The position numbers and the translations under genes were made by a program. Below are positions 63,285 to 64,000 of a stretch of 64,000 bases of DNA, piece after piece. The DNA comes from Acidimicrobiia bacterium (GTDB lineage: Bacteria; Actinomycetota; Acidimicrobiia; Spongiisociales; ZC4RG35): the NCBI GenBank assembly GCA_965203555.1, contig CBDBCY010000002.1, positions 64,001-128,000 on the forward strand, given 5' to 3'. Under the pieces are notes generated by a model. The model was given only the letters and a program-made list of their open reading frames with translations, did no database searches and was not told where the DNA came from. The stretch's first letter is position 1. Each line of letters begins with the position of its first letter.

Positions 63285-63641
63285 CTACTCTTCCAGCAGG
63301 GGGACGGTTTTCTCTGGTCCGTCGTGATGCCGAAGAAAGTACTCCGCGTAGAAACGGTGCCGTAACTTCTGTTGTTCCCTCTGCTCCTCGGGAATGCCGC
63401 ACTCTCTGATGATGTCATCCAATGTGACTGTGAGAATGTCAAACCATACGTCCCTGTCTTCGGTGTAATGTCCGACAGCGAACCGGGTGTCCCCTGGGGC
63501 GAAAGATCCGTTCTCCACGAGGTGATTGGAGTAAGCCTTCAGCATGTGATCCAGTTCTTCGCTCCATGTGCCATCGTATTGGTCTATGTGGGAAAGGCTC
63601 AACGCTGGGCGAGTCATTGAATCACAGACTACCAAACTCAT
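63285..63641 (-). CDS. Hypothetical acidic protein
   Basis: 118-aa ORF co-oriented with and 15 nt from the next ORF. Confidence 0.5.
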   Translation of the reverse strand: MSLVVCDSMTRPALSLSHIDQYDGTWSEELDHMLKAYSNHLVENGSFAPGDTRFAVGHYTEDRDVWFDILTVTLDDIIRECGIPEEQREQQKLRHRFYAEYFLRHHDGPEKTVPLLEE

Positions 63642-63685
63642 CCTTCAACCACACCCAACACCCCATGGCGCCCAGCTCCGCTGGC

Positions 63686-64000
63686 TGTTGGCGATCACTG
63701 AAATTCCCCAGTCTCGATCACTGAAATTGCCCACCTGCTGGGAGCAAATACCTGTTGTTGGGTAGGGCTCTCTCCAAGCTAGGCGATTGCGACATGTCCT
63801 AGCTGTGGAGAGGAGCCCTACCCCCTTTATGTTGGTAATGGAGGAGTGCGTGGAAGTTCATGCTTTGAGGAGGCGGGGGTGGTCGCATGTCGGCTATTGC
63901 CCGTCATTTGGGAAGAGACCGGAAAACGATACGGGCGTATCTGTCGGACGGGCGAGTCCCGGGAGAGCGAGCCTGGGCGGGGTCGGATCTGTTTGATGAG
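63686..64000 (+). mobile_element. Second IS21-family copy (left end; istA frameshifted; runs off the window)
   Basis: IRL TGTTGGCGATCACTGAAATTCCCCAGTCTCGATCACTG similar to 27022; istA ATG at 63829 with an extra base after WS. Confidence 0.9.

Overview
High-GC actinobacterial chromosome, with gene content suggesting Acidimicrobiia. The core backbone runs rsmD-coaD-yceD-rpmF-plsX-rnc-mutM-smc, ftsY-cdd-glyA, a complete atpIBEFHAGDC operon, sigma factors, a Liv-type ABC transporter, acyl-CoA carboxylase with birA, cofD/cofE, GT2-DUF5719-pgi, whiB7/wblC and tRNA-Val. Four accessory blocks interrupt it. Block 1 (8.4-12.8 kb): DUF488-DUF488-dual-OB operon, IS5 remnant and DUF222-HNH. Block 2 (22.5-31.7 kb): TnpB element, SLH/beta-propeller protein, an intact IS21 that splits a gene, and a DUF6884 locus. 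Block 3 (47.5-54.6 kb): decayed island with a chimeric duplication junction. Block 4 (after tRNA-Val): small ORFs and a second, frameshifted IS21. The most notable item is a TnpB with intact catalytic motifs that lacks IS200/IS605-type context. It sits alone in a 1392-bp unit bounded by 26-bp terminal inverted repeats and a perfect 8-bp target-site duplication, resembling DDE/IS1595-type ends, with a structured omega-RNA candidate next to the right end and a leaderless PafBC-like promoter that the HNH gene shares. Also notable are an ECF sigma factor fused to an apparently inactive ArsC/LMW-PTP domain and a complete uORF/antiterminator/terminator attenuator upstream of whiB7. All calls come from reading motifs by eye; no database searches were run.
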